In this document: one piece after another, positions 1-10,214 of the stretch
How the letters are laid out: each line of letters begins with the position of its first letter
Position numbering within the stretch: position 1 is the first letter of the stretch
Source: Octopus sinensis
Lineage: Eukaryota
Direction of reading: 5' to 3'
DNA length: 15,484 nucleotides
NCBI RefSeq assembly: GCF_006345805.1
Contig: NW_021825535.1
Coordinates: 1-15,484, forward strand
Notes under the pieces: generated by a model
Seen by the model: only the letters and a program-made list of their open reading frames with translations
Database searches by the model: none
Told to the model about the DNA's origin: nothing
Position numbers and translations under genes: made by a program

Positions 1-80
1 TCCTGATGACAGGAAAATAACTACGGAGATGTAATAACGGAGATTCCGATGTCACATTTGACAGCCCGCTCGGCTATGTC

Positions 81-141
81 TGTATGTACGTGATATATAT
101 GATGGGTAGATAGATATATACCACACATATATATATATAAC

Positions 142-172
<31 letters not shown>

Positions 173-233
173 TATATATATATATATATAGTATATATAT
201 ATATATACATATAATATACACATACACACAATA

Positions 234-280
<47 letters not shown>

Positions 281-456
281 TATAAATATATATATATATG
301 TAACAAGAACGCTATATATGGCTCCAGCATGGCCCACACTTATGGCTGATACATGTTGAAGAATATGTACGTATTTATACATATTTATATACATACATGT
401 GTCAAAATAAGTGCTAGTGTTTCATAAGTACATAAGTATTCATACACACGTACATG

Positions 457-499
<43 letters not shown>

Positions 500-712
500 T
501 ATATATATATAATATGTATATATATAAATGTGTGTGTATGTATGTATATGGTCTCATAATGGATGTATATATATGTAAATTACAAGTATTTAGAGGTGTA
601 TATATTTTACAATACGTGTATATAGGTTTATACATGTGTGTGTATATGTGTGCGTTTGGATGTGTGTGTGTGCGTGTGCGTGTGGTGTGTGTGTGTGTGT
701 GTGTGTGTGTAC
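81..712. repeat. Compound (AT)n/(ACAT)n/(TG)n microsatellite block
   Basis: Long alternating AT runs (about 125-300, 460-520) and TG runs (about 655-710), read directly. Confidence 0.95.
320..365 (+). mobile_element. Degenerate SINE 3' tail fragment
   Basis: gctccagcatggcccacacttatggctgatacatgttgaagaata resembles the tail ccccaacatggccgcagtctaatgactgaaacaaagtagaaaata at about 12851-12895. Confidence 0.4.
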
Positions 713-1209
713 GTTATTTCCGTGCAGGTGTCATTATGAGGTCAGCTGGTCAGATGCGAAAAATAAATCCTGCTATTTATTCCAATTATTCCTGTATGCA
801 AATACCAATTCTTCTACCAACCGGACTACAGCTTAAACTTTATCACCATGGTAACCATCCACACTTCAACGACCACTCTCACCACACAACACCGCTACCA
901 CGTGCAGCACCATCAACACTAACACTACACGCCATTTGTGATCCACGCACTTCCCTGTTTTGCGGATAAACAGACCCCAGAAGCTCGCTCTCAAAAGGCC
1001 TTTATCTTTTTATTTCTGTTTTCTATTAATATTGTAACTCGGAAATCGATATCAGTTTTTCTCGCATTTGATATCCAAGCATATCTCATAGTGACATTTA
1101 TTTCTTTAGGATATCATCATTACTCTGTGTTTTTTGGTCGCCATGTTTTTTCCTTGTGTTATTCCTTGGATCGATTTTTTATAACATTCTATTTCGCACA
1201 TTTATTTTC

Positions 1210-1237
1210 ATGTATGTTTGTATGTTTGTACATACTT

Positions 1238-1279
<42 letters not shown>

Positions 1280-1497
1280 TGTGCATGTGTGCGTGTGTAT
1301 GTATATATGGATGGATGGATGTATATTTCTTGATGTCTTTTATTACTTTGTGTGTGTATATAGATATATACATATATATATATATACATGTATATGTATG
1401 TATATATATGTGTGTGTGTACGTGTGTATGTGTGTACGTATATATATGTATATGTATGTATACATATATGTATAGATACATATATATATAATATTTA

Positions 1498-1535
<38 letters not shown>
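1210..1535. repeat. (TG)n/(TA)n/(TATG)n microsatellite block
   Basis: Read directly. Confidence 0.95.
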
Positions 1536-1634
1536 CACATAGATGGCTATTTGCTTCATGTCATGATTGCTTACAGTTTACTTATTTTTTCTTGGGATTA
1601 TTTTGAAATTGTTTTCCTGACGTTTCTGATTATT

Positions 1635-1763
1635 GTCATCATCATCATCGTCATCATCATCATCATCATCATCGCTACCAACAACACTACGTCCAACAAC
1701 ATCACCATCACCACCGCCACCAACTCCCTTCTCATTACAATTATATTATTATTATTAATATTA

Positions 1764-1802
<39 letters not shown>

Positions 1803-1868
1803 CATTATTATCATCATTATTATTACTGTTATTGTTACTGTTGTTGTTGTTGCTGCTGTTGTTGCTTT
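1635..1868. repeat. Compound trinucleotide microsatellite (CAT)(CAA)(CAC)(TAT)(TGT)(TGC)
   Basis: Successive trinucleotide runs, read directly. Confidence 0.95.
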
Positions 1869-1904
1869 TGACTGATGATTTACCTCATGATAGGGAACAC
1901 TGAT

Positions 1905-2367
1905 ATACTTATATATATGCATGCATGTATGTATATATATATTTATTGATATATACATATATATATAAACATGCACATATATATGTGTATGTATATAATA
2001 TATGTATAAAAATATATATGTATATATGTATGTATATATATACATATATACGCAGGCACACACCTACCCACCCACACACACACACCACACATAACACACA
2101 CACACACACATATATATATACATACACACCACACCTATCAATATAATCATTATTTAATGACAGAAATGTGACATGACCAATTTCCTTAAGAATATGATAT
2201 ATATATATATATATATAATATATATATATATATACTTATATATATATTATATATATATATATATATATATTATATATCTATATATATATATGTATATCGA
2301 TAGATAGTTTGATAGATAGATAGATAGATAAATAGATAGATGGACAGACTATAGATACATACATACA

Positions 2368-2414
<47 letters not shown>

Positions 2415-2680
2415 GTACACACACACCTACTCATTGATGTATATATGTGCGCACGCATACAGGTGCGCACACAAATGTGTATGTATGTAGTTATGTGTGC
2501 GTTTGTTTGTATTTGCAGTTTTTATACACATAAATACACATATATAATGATATATTATGCATAATATATAAATATATTTATTTATATACGCATGTGTAGA
2601 TGTGCGTGCTTAAGTGTTTGTTTGTCCGTGTGTACGTGTGTACGTGTGTGTATGTGCGTGTGTGAGTGTGTATGTGTGTG
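1905..2680. repeat. (AT)n/(CA)n/(GATA)n/(TG)n microsatellite block
   Basis: Read directly; includes (GATA)n at about 2298-2340. Confidence 0.9.
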
Positions 2681-2779
2681 TTTGTACTCAAGTTCCTGTA
2701 CCCATTTTTCTCTTTTTGTGTTTACATAAACTGGATATAATTCTCCAATATTTTTTATATAAATTTTCGTATTTCTCTT

Positions 2780-2855
2780 TGTCTCTTCCTCTCCCTCCCT
2801 CTCTCTCTCTCTCTCCTTCACCCTCTCTGTCTCTGTTTCTCTCTCTCTCTCTCTT
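2780..2855. repeat. (CT)n-rich tract
   Basis: Read directly. Confidence 0.9.
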
Positions 2856-3143
2856 CCTATTTTGTTTAGGCCTCCCTCATAGAATCAGGTTTTCTTTCGT
2901 TTCGACCTCTCCCGTCCCTGTTTTCACATGTTCTCTCTTTCACAGATTTATAACCAACCAGCTCTACACTTCATTCCCTTTTATTTCTTTTCGTTTTTTC
3001 TATTTTGTATTTTCCTTCAAACATTTTCCCTACATTCATTCCTAAATTTCGCTTGACATTTTTATGCCTTCATTTTTTTTCCATTTGCTTTTAATAATTT
3101 CTAATGACAACTCTACCGTTATAAAATATTTACGAATACTTTT

Positions 3144-3194
<51 letters not shown>

Positions 3195-3263
3195 ATTATT
3201 ATCCTTATTATTATCATTATTATTATTATTACCACCACCACCATCATCGTCATCATCATCATT
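3144..3263. repeat. (ATT)n grading into (ACC)/(ATC)n
   Basis: Read directly. Confidence 0.95.
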
Positions 3264-3660
3264 TTACTGCTGACCTGTTAAGACGGGTTTTAAAATCTCT
3301 CCTTATTTTGCTGTATTTTCATGGAATTTCAAGAAAATATTTTATTTTTTAATTCGTGTTTCATTGCAGGATTCCTCGAAGAATTTGGAAATCTGTACAA
3401 AAATGGTTCACACAAACAATAGAGTTTGTTTTTAGCCAAATTTTACTTTTTTTCTTTTTTTCTTCTTTTTCTTTTCTTACGTGTTTGTAATTTTGAAATT
3501 TCAAAGTATCACACGCAGAAAGAAAAAAAAAAACAGAAAAAATTGACAAGAATGCCATCGTTACGACGACCACCACCACTGCCATCATCATCATCATCAT
3601 CATCACTATTACCACCATCATCACTGTTGTAAAGGCTAGTAGTGATAGCACATACAACAA

Positions 3661-3958
3661 CTGGTACTCCGTCGGTTATCAACAGAACACCTCGCACGTG
3701 AAATTATCGTGTACGTGGCTGAGAACTCCACGGACATGCGTAACCATAACGTAGTTCTCAGGGAGATTTAGCGTGACATAGAATATGACAAGGCTGGACC
3801 CTTGAATTACAGGTACAACACACTTTTATTAGCTGAGTAGAATGGAACAACATGAAATAAAGTGTCTTGCTCAAGGACATGACGCGCCGCCGAGAATTGA
3901 ACTAAGGACTTTAAGATCGTGAGCTCACAACCCAAACCACTTAGCCACGCACCTTCAC
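3661..3958 (-). mobile_element. tRNA-derived SINE, near full length, diverged (family A)
   Basis: Minus strand starts GGTGAAGGTGCGTGGCTAAGTGG. A-box at 3937-3947, B-box-like AGTTCAATTCT at 3893-3903. Colinear with the copy at 6194-6506, including the shared 3' end aaccgacgga(g/a)t(a/g)ccag. Confidence 0.85.
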
Positions 3959-4352
3959 CCTACAACGACAAGACCATCAGAAATAACAAAACAGTCGAAG
4001 CAGTATGTAGCAACAAGGAAAGCTCGAACATGACCACCGCCACCGCCACCATCGCTCCAACCAACTGAACTGAAAAGACAGACCACTACGACTGCGATGG
4101 CTACTGCTGTTGTTTTTTATCTGCCCTAAAGAGTAGCAGCATCGATGCCACAAAAGCCACCGAATCTTTTACCAAAGCGGCTTCAAAATATCATCAATGT
4201 TTCTATGGCGGACAAACAATTTCTTTTAGCCAATAAGCATCTTTTTATATTTCATTCAATTAATGTAAGACCTCAACTCAGTACTTGATTTGGGTTCTGT
4301 CATTGTGGAATTGTCAACGACGAAAACCAATGGTTGAGCTAATTTAGAAGCA

Positions 4353-4551
4353 TCTCTGCGGTTGCTTGAACATCTGGAAATAGCAGCCAAATCTACCTCA
4401 AATTACACCCAACTGTCTAAGAACATATTGACAAATATAGTCAGATGCAGTATTCCAAAAATAAAAGGCACAGGGATCACGGCCGGAGAGACTTGGATTA
4501 ATAATACGTTTGCTTAATCAGAGCTGACCTGGGGCCATAAACAATGATAAC
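4353..4551 (+). mobile_element. Diverged 3' portion of a dispersed retroposon-like repeat (family D)
   Basis: Motifs gaaatagcagccaaatct...tcagagctgacctgggg...aaacaa match an octopus repeat as I recall it. Weak similarity to the reverse complement of 6512-6716. Confidence 0.4.
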
Positions 4552-4985
4552 AGTGTAACATCCGCTTCAACAGCAAAGAACAAAGAACCTTTTTATAGCA
4601 GCAAGCAATACGATATAGCCATTTCTCTGAATACAACCGTAGCAGTCTCTTGCATTATGAAATGGCGCTAAATGGGTTCTAGTTATGTTCCACAAAGATG
4701 GATTGGTTTTGACAGGTTTAACGTAGGTAAGGTGATGTCGTCGAAGATGCTCTTGCGATAACATTAATTGTAGAGTTACAGTTAATCTGCAAAAATTCTC
4801 TGCTACCCAAGTCGTATCGTTTCATATTACCTACAATGGCGCATCATCAAAACAGACGCTTCATAAAAATGATAAAGAACAATGGCTACGCTAACAAAAG
4901 AACGTAAGGCATGCAACTAGATACACTGCAATATCTAATCCATTACTGAACTGTCTCACGAATCTTTATTACCGTTACATTAAAC

Positions 4986-5053
4986 GGCTGTGCGGTAAGA
5001 AGTTTAGTTTCCAACGACACGGTTTCGGGATCAGTCTCTCGTACCTGCCAAGT
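4986..5053 (+). mobile_element. SINE 5' tRNA-head fragment (family C)
   Basis: ggctgtgcggtaagaagtttagtttccaacgacacggtttcgggatcagtc aligns with the heads at 12061-12112 and 12499-12540. Confidence 0.7.
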
Positions 5054-5559
5054 TTATTAGAACATAGCATTAATCATTAATGCTGTCGTTCCTTCACCAC
5101 GTATATTTGTGTGTGTGTGTGTGTATGTATATATATCTATGCATATATATATATATACATAATTAGATTTATAATGCTCATTACATTCAGTATATTAACA
5201 ATAATATGACTATTGTTTTTAGAAACATGTTTGTAATTAATCTTAGCGATTATTCGTAGCAATTTACTGTTTTGAATATGCTAATGTTTCACCTGTATAC
5301 ATTTAGAATATTATATATTTATTCAGTAATTTTCTCATCATTACTTCCGAAATCAGCACTACTAGGATAAGAACGGGGGAGTGTATCTATCTTTGGCTGA
5401 AAAAGTTTAGTAACACCGAAATATGTCTGAAGTTGTCTGTTTTTCTTACAGAAAGGACTACAATTTAACACTGAATTTGTGAATTTGTTTTCTCTTCACC
5501 ACAAAAATATTTGTAATTTGATTTGCGATGATCTCTGTATTGAATTGTTAACGCTTAAC

Positions 5560-5977
5560 GGATCTTTTCGGTTTGAACGGCAGTTTTTAACATAATTTCT
5601 AGGTAACTAAAAAAATTTAAACTTCGTATACTGGTAGAATGTGTTTATAAAACATCTTTTTATCTTGGCTTTATTGAGAACTTTTATAGTTTGTAAGATA
5701 TTTGTTGTTTTTTCTTCAATTTCTGCAATTTCAACCAATCACTGACATCCATTGAGGTAAAAAAAAAACATTCTGTGCCGTATTAATATGTCCCTCGTTT
5801 AAGAAACAGATTGGGTTTATTTACATTGGTGAAGAAAAAAAGATACCCTTCCCCCACCCCCTAACCCTAACCCTAAAACAGATTGAAATGCAATAGATCG
5901 ATACTAGGATCATAATTATGGGTGACAATTTCATATGACACCGCTAGAAAAAACTGCCGTTCAAACCGAAAAGATCC
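5560..5977. mobile_element. Non-autonomous DNA transposon (MITE), 418 bp, 29-bp perfect TIRs, 8-bp TSD
   Basis: Left TIR GGATCTTTTCGGTTTGAACGGCAGTTTTT (5560-5588) is the exact reverse complement of 5949-5977. Direct repeat CGCTTAAC flanks it at 5552-5559 and 5978-5985. No ORF in the track. Confidence 0.93.
5859..5876 (+). repeat. (CCCTAA)3 telomere-type repeat inside the MITE
   Basis: Three exact CCCTAA units. Confidence 0.9.
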
Positions 5978-6193
5978 CGCTTAACTTAACAGTTGAACGG
6001 GTGTCAGTTGTATATTGATGGCATTTCAGATGCCCATGCCCCACGAAGTGCCATAGTAATGTAAGAGTTCAATATTATAACTTCGGATTTACTTTCGACC
6101 TCACAATTGTAAGGGAGAGTCATGTATGGATTCATCATTTTATTCTAATATTCTTGTTGTTTACTCTTTGATCTATCATATCCAAGCAAAACA

Positions 6194-6506
6194 CTGGCAT
6201 TCCGTCGGTTACGCCGACGAGGGTTCCAGCTGATCTGATAAGTGGAACATCCTGCTCGTGAAATTAATGTATAAATAGCTGTACACTCTACAGACACCCG
6301 TACCCTTAATGTAGCTCTCGGGGGATTTCGTGTGACATAGAATGTCACAAAGCTGGCTCAATTTTGAAATACAGGTACAACTCCTTTTTCCAAGCTGAGT
6401 AACGAATAAAATGTCTGATTCGAGCACAGTCCGCCGCCAAGTATCGAACTAACGACATAGCGATCGTGAACCGATATATCCTGACAACTAAGCCACGCGT
6501 TTTCAC
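6194..6506 (-). mobile_element. tRNA-derived SINE, near full length, diverged (family A)
   Basis: A-box-like TGGCTTAGTTG (6485-6495) and B-box-like AGTTCGATACT (6440-6450). Colinear with 3661-3958 apart from different small indels. Confidence 0.85.
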
Positions 6507-6511
6507 TCACC

Positions 6512-6716
6512 AGAGCTATGATCAAAGCCGTTCCAACCGTCTGCAGTCCATATTTCCGTATATCTATATCATTATCGGTATTCCAGAGCATCCTTAGTTA
6601 AGATAAACCGAAGAACTAAAACAACTTAACCTCAATTACTGCACCTTTCTCTCTTAGAGATGCTTCTTTTAAGGAATTTAAGGAGACTGCTACTATTTCT
6701 AGTAGAACAAGTGACC
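6512..6716 (-). mobile_element. Diverged repeat, probably family D, inverted relative to 4353-4551
   Basis: The reverse complement carries ggtcacttgttctactagaaatagtagcagtctcc and acggttggaacggctttgatcat, resembling motifs in 4353-4551. Confidence 0.35.
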
Positions 6717-7049
6717 ATGTACATGTTCTCCTATTGGCTCAATATTCTTTTAATAATGCTGGCCGGTCAACGTAAAGGCCATTGCGTTCATTGTGATGAT
6801 TCTAGAGAAAAGAAAAGAACTCTTAATGTTTGCGATTAGAGCGAAAATATCTTTGGTTCCAATTAGATCTTCTACTGGTGAACTCCCGCAGAATCACCAT
6901 TAAATAGAAAGAATTGGTTCAAGCACTCCTTACATCGATACATTAATGAATAAGTCCCGATATGTTAGATATCGTTTCCGATGTTCTTAAGTAGACAGAG
7001 CAATATATTCTCTCGTGTTTTGTCGTCCATAAAAGATGTAGAGACATTC

Positions 7050-7560
7050 AGAGAAAGAAAGACAAGACAGGGAGGAAAAGGAAGATTAAAAAAAAAAGTG
7101 TGCGTCATGAAAGGGGTTAAGAAGATGGATGTGGAGGGGTAAGTGTGGGGGAATAAATAGAGTGAAGACTAGAGAAAGAGTGAGAACGAGAAAGAACGAT
7201 ATAGACACAGAGAGAAAGGAACAAAGAAGATAGAGAAAGAGTGAGAGAAACAATGCTGAGTAGAGAGAGAGAGAGAGACAGAAACAAAGTAGTGGAATAA
7301 ATATGATAGATATACAGCTGGGTAAAGAAGCTGTGAAACAGAGAGAAACAGACGAAGAGATAAAGAGTGAGGGGTATAGAGTTGGTAGAGAGATAGAGGG
7401 GGAAAGAAAAACAAAGAGAATGATCGAAGACAGAGAAAAGTGAGAGAGAGAAAGAGCTGGGTAAAGAAATAGAGAGAGAGGAGGAGGGGAGATGGGAGGA
7501 GGGACAGAGAGGGGGGGACAGACAGATAGATGGTGAGGAAGAGAAAGAGTGAGAGATGCA
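7050..7560. repeat. Degenerate (GA)-rich polypurine tract
   Basis: About 500 bp dominated by A and G on the plus strand. Confidence 0.85.
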
Positions 7561-7814
7561 CAGCTAAATAAAGTTGAAAGAGATGGGTGGATGAACGACG
7601 TTATGAAAAGGTTAATGAGAGTAAAGTAAAGATATGATAATTAGGAAGATGTAAGAGACAGGAAGCGGGAAACAACAGAAGATACAGGATCAGAAGGATG
7701 AAGAGAGTCCAAAATACGGACAGAAAGAAAAATACAGGAAAAAGAAAATGGCTTAAGAGCAGTTAATATTACTCCAGTAAGTCTTTAGATTGAGCATATA
7801 TGCATACATACGTA

Positions 7815-8158
7815 AAGGGTAAAGACCCCCTTCGGTCATGAATGACCATGGGATTGCACCTAGAAAGTTACCCTCCTAGACACAAGTCCGGGCAAGGTTG
7901 TTTATGGAAGGATAGCTGTCGCCCATGCATACCAGCCTCCCCTCTCCACGCCACCAGTGTTATCCAAGGGAAAGACAAAGGTCGATACAGCTTGGCACCT
8001 GTGACGTCGCAACTCATTTCTACAGCTGAGTGAACTGGAGCAACGTGAAATAAAGTGCCTTGCTCGAGAACACAACACGCAGCCCGGTCCGGGATTCGAG
8101 CTCACAACCTCACGATCGTAAGCTCGACGCTCTAACCACTGAGCCATGCGCCTTCACC
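7815..8158 (-). mobile_element. Full-length tRNA-derived SINE (family B: family A-like head, different 3' body and tail)
   Basis: Minus strand head GGTGAAGGCGCATGGCTCAGTGGTTAGAGCG, B-box-like GAGCTCGAATCCC, central cttg/ctcgagcaaggcactttatttcacgttgctccag shared with family A. Ends in a GGTCAT-nn-ATGACC hairpin (7834-7847) and short CTTTAC repeats. Confidence 0.88.
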
Positions 8159-8212
8159 ACTGAGCCATGCGCCTTCACCCACTGAGCCATGCGCCTTCAC
8201 ACTGAGCCATGC
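8136..8212 (-). repeat. About 3.6 tandem copies of a 21-bp unit equal to the SINE 5' end and A-box
   Basis: Plus-strand unit ccactgagccatgcgccttca at 8136-8156, 8157-8177 and 8179-8199, plus partial cactgagccatgc at 8200-8212. Confidence 0.95.
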
Positions 8213-8656
8213 ACACGTACATACATACATACATACATACATACATACATACATGCGCACATACATATATATATGACGTACATACATACGTACATACGTA
8301 CATACATATATACATACAAAAATACCCTGTTGATGATGTTAAAATTCCAATGAATGAACCTTCGATCTAGGTTAGAAACCGGTTCTTTGTCTATTGGCAA
8401 GAAATCTTGAAATACACTGAATAATGATATACATACATAATTCATACATTCATACATGCATACCTACATACATAAATACATACATACATGATGCGTACAT
8501 GCATGCGTACATACATACATGCACACATACATGCATACATACATGCATATATACATTCATACATGCATACATGCATACATATATATATACATACATGCAT
8601 GCATACATACATACATACACACACACATACATACATACATACATACATACATACAT
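8213..8656. repeat. Degenerate (CATA/CATG)n microsatellite with a unique island at 8318-8428
   Basis: Read directly. Confidence 0.9.
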
Positions 8657-9763
8657 CAGGCAAATCCAAAACAAAAACATGAAAAAAAAAACAAGTCAAA
8701 TAGGCGTAAATTGTGACTATATTAGATTGACGCTCAGTGAAAGTGTTAGATAGAAGTGGAAATAAGGTTTCGAACCTGGCTCTTCGTCGGAAAGAGGAAA
8801 AAGTCCAAACTAGAGGAAAAGGAGGAAGGAGCAGATTGTCCGAAAAAAAAAACACGTGTGTCGTTAAACGGCTGAAGAATAATTGACCGGAAGTTGGAAA
8901 GAGATAGAGAACGTGGTTTTGATGGCGGGAGAGCGCAAAAATGGCTATAGTGAAACTGCATGTGGGATATTTGTGTATGCGTGTGTAAATGTTTCTTATG
9001 TGCTTGCGTATGTGTGTGTGTGTGTGTGTGCAGGAAGTGCTTAGTGAGATAGTAGTATATATGTGCGGGTGTGTTCGTGGTCGTGCGAGTGATGTGTACG
9101 TGATTGAGTCAATGCAAGAGGTTAGCAGCAGTTGTAAGATTAGCATTAGACGTGCGTGGGGTTCAGAAACCAAGTGATGTGTGTGCGTGGATGTCACTGT
9201 ATGGCTGTGCGTATTATGTGTTAGTGTATGCGAGGATTAGTATGTGTGACTGTGCGGAATGTATATGAGTGCAAAGGTTTTATTTATGTGGAGGAAGAGG
9301 CGAGTTAGCGTCACAAAAACTTTATGAATTTCGAGAGAATGTGAAATGATTCATTTTGCGGGGATACTGGCACTCGAAACACATCATATACGGCTACATA
9401 CACACACACACACACCACACCACACACACACACAACACACAATATATTATATATATATTATATATATATATATATATATTATATATAATTATATATTGGT
9501 GTTTGGTTCACGTGAGTATTTCGTAATGCTGACAAGCGGCTGACAGCTTCGTCGTCATGTCACAATACACCTTTCTATCTACTGTTAGACTGAACGATGC
9601 ATCTAACTGTTTCTTCGAGATCGCTGTTGCTTCATATCATAGAACTATTTTTATCCTTTACTTCCTGGTAGTTTCTGGTAGAATATTTTTTGGTAGATTG
9701 CCACTAGCAACTACGTTTCGAGCACAATTTTGATTTTCGAGTTCATCGACCCGTTCTGATAGA

Positions 9764-9776
9764 TATTGTTGTTGTT

Positions 9777-9830
<54 letters not shown>

Positions 9831-9873
9831 GGTGTAGTTGTTGTTGTTGTTGATGTTGTTAGTATTATTATTA
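9764..9873. repeat. Compound (TTG)(CTG)(TGG)(TTG)(TTA) microsatellite
   Basis: Read directly. Confidence 0.95.
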
Positions 9874-9874
9874 G

Positions 9875-10085
9875 GGCAGTGAGCTGGCAGTGTATTTGGC
9901 ACGCTGGACGAAATGCAGCCTTTCGCCCGTCTTTACGTTCTGAGTTCAACTTCCACCGAGGTCGACATCGCCTTTCATCCTTCCGGGGTTTTATAAATTA
10001 AGTACCAGTGAAACACCGGTGTAATCGATGTAATCGACCAGTCCACTCCCGGCAAATTTGAGCTCTTGTGCCTCCAGTAGAAAGA
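9875..10085 (+). mobile_element. Full-length tRNA-derived SINE (family E) with (ATT)n tail
   Basis: Head ggcagtgagctggcag, B-box-like GAGTTCAACTTCC, body gcctttcatccttccgggg...aagtaccag...gatgtaatcgac, which from memory resembles the Meta-type SINE central domain. Flanked by ATT repeats on both sides; 3' half homologous to 10910-11020. Confidence 0.85.
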
Positions 10086-10096
10086 ATTATTATTAT

Positions 10097-10155
<59 letters not shown>

Positions 10156-10179
10156 TTATTATTATTATCATCATCATCA

Positions 10180-10214
<35 letters not shown>
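10086..10214. repeat. Compound (ATT)(ACT)(ATT)(ATC)(ATT) array shared as tail by the SINE and the LINE fragment
   Basis: Read directly. Confidence 0.95.

Noticed and set aside
21-3045. Many ORFs rich in Y/I/V/C/H/T or in homopolymers
   Set aside because: They are translations of (AT)n, (TG)n, (CAT)n and (CT)n, which lack stops in some frames.
5859-5876. CCCTAA repeats as a chromosome end or fusion scar
   Set aside because: Only three units, located inside a TIR-bounded element.
7316-7468. 14-bp direct repeat AGCTGGGTAAAGAA, 139 bp apart, as a TSD
   Set aside because: The enclosed sequence is low-complexity GA with no element features; a local duplication is more likely.
7842-8147. ORFs 7842..8033 and 7902..8147 with complex-looking peptides
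   Set aside because: They lie within a tRNA-derived SINE; MAQWLERR is the translated A-box region.
8136-8212. 21-bp direct repeats as a CRISPR array
   Set aside because: There are no spacers, the unit equals the SINE 5' end, and the context is eukaryotic.
8887-8946. ETS (CCGGAAGT), E2F-like and YY1-like motifs
   Set aside because: Short isolated matches with no supporting gene structure or CpG island.
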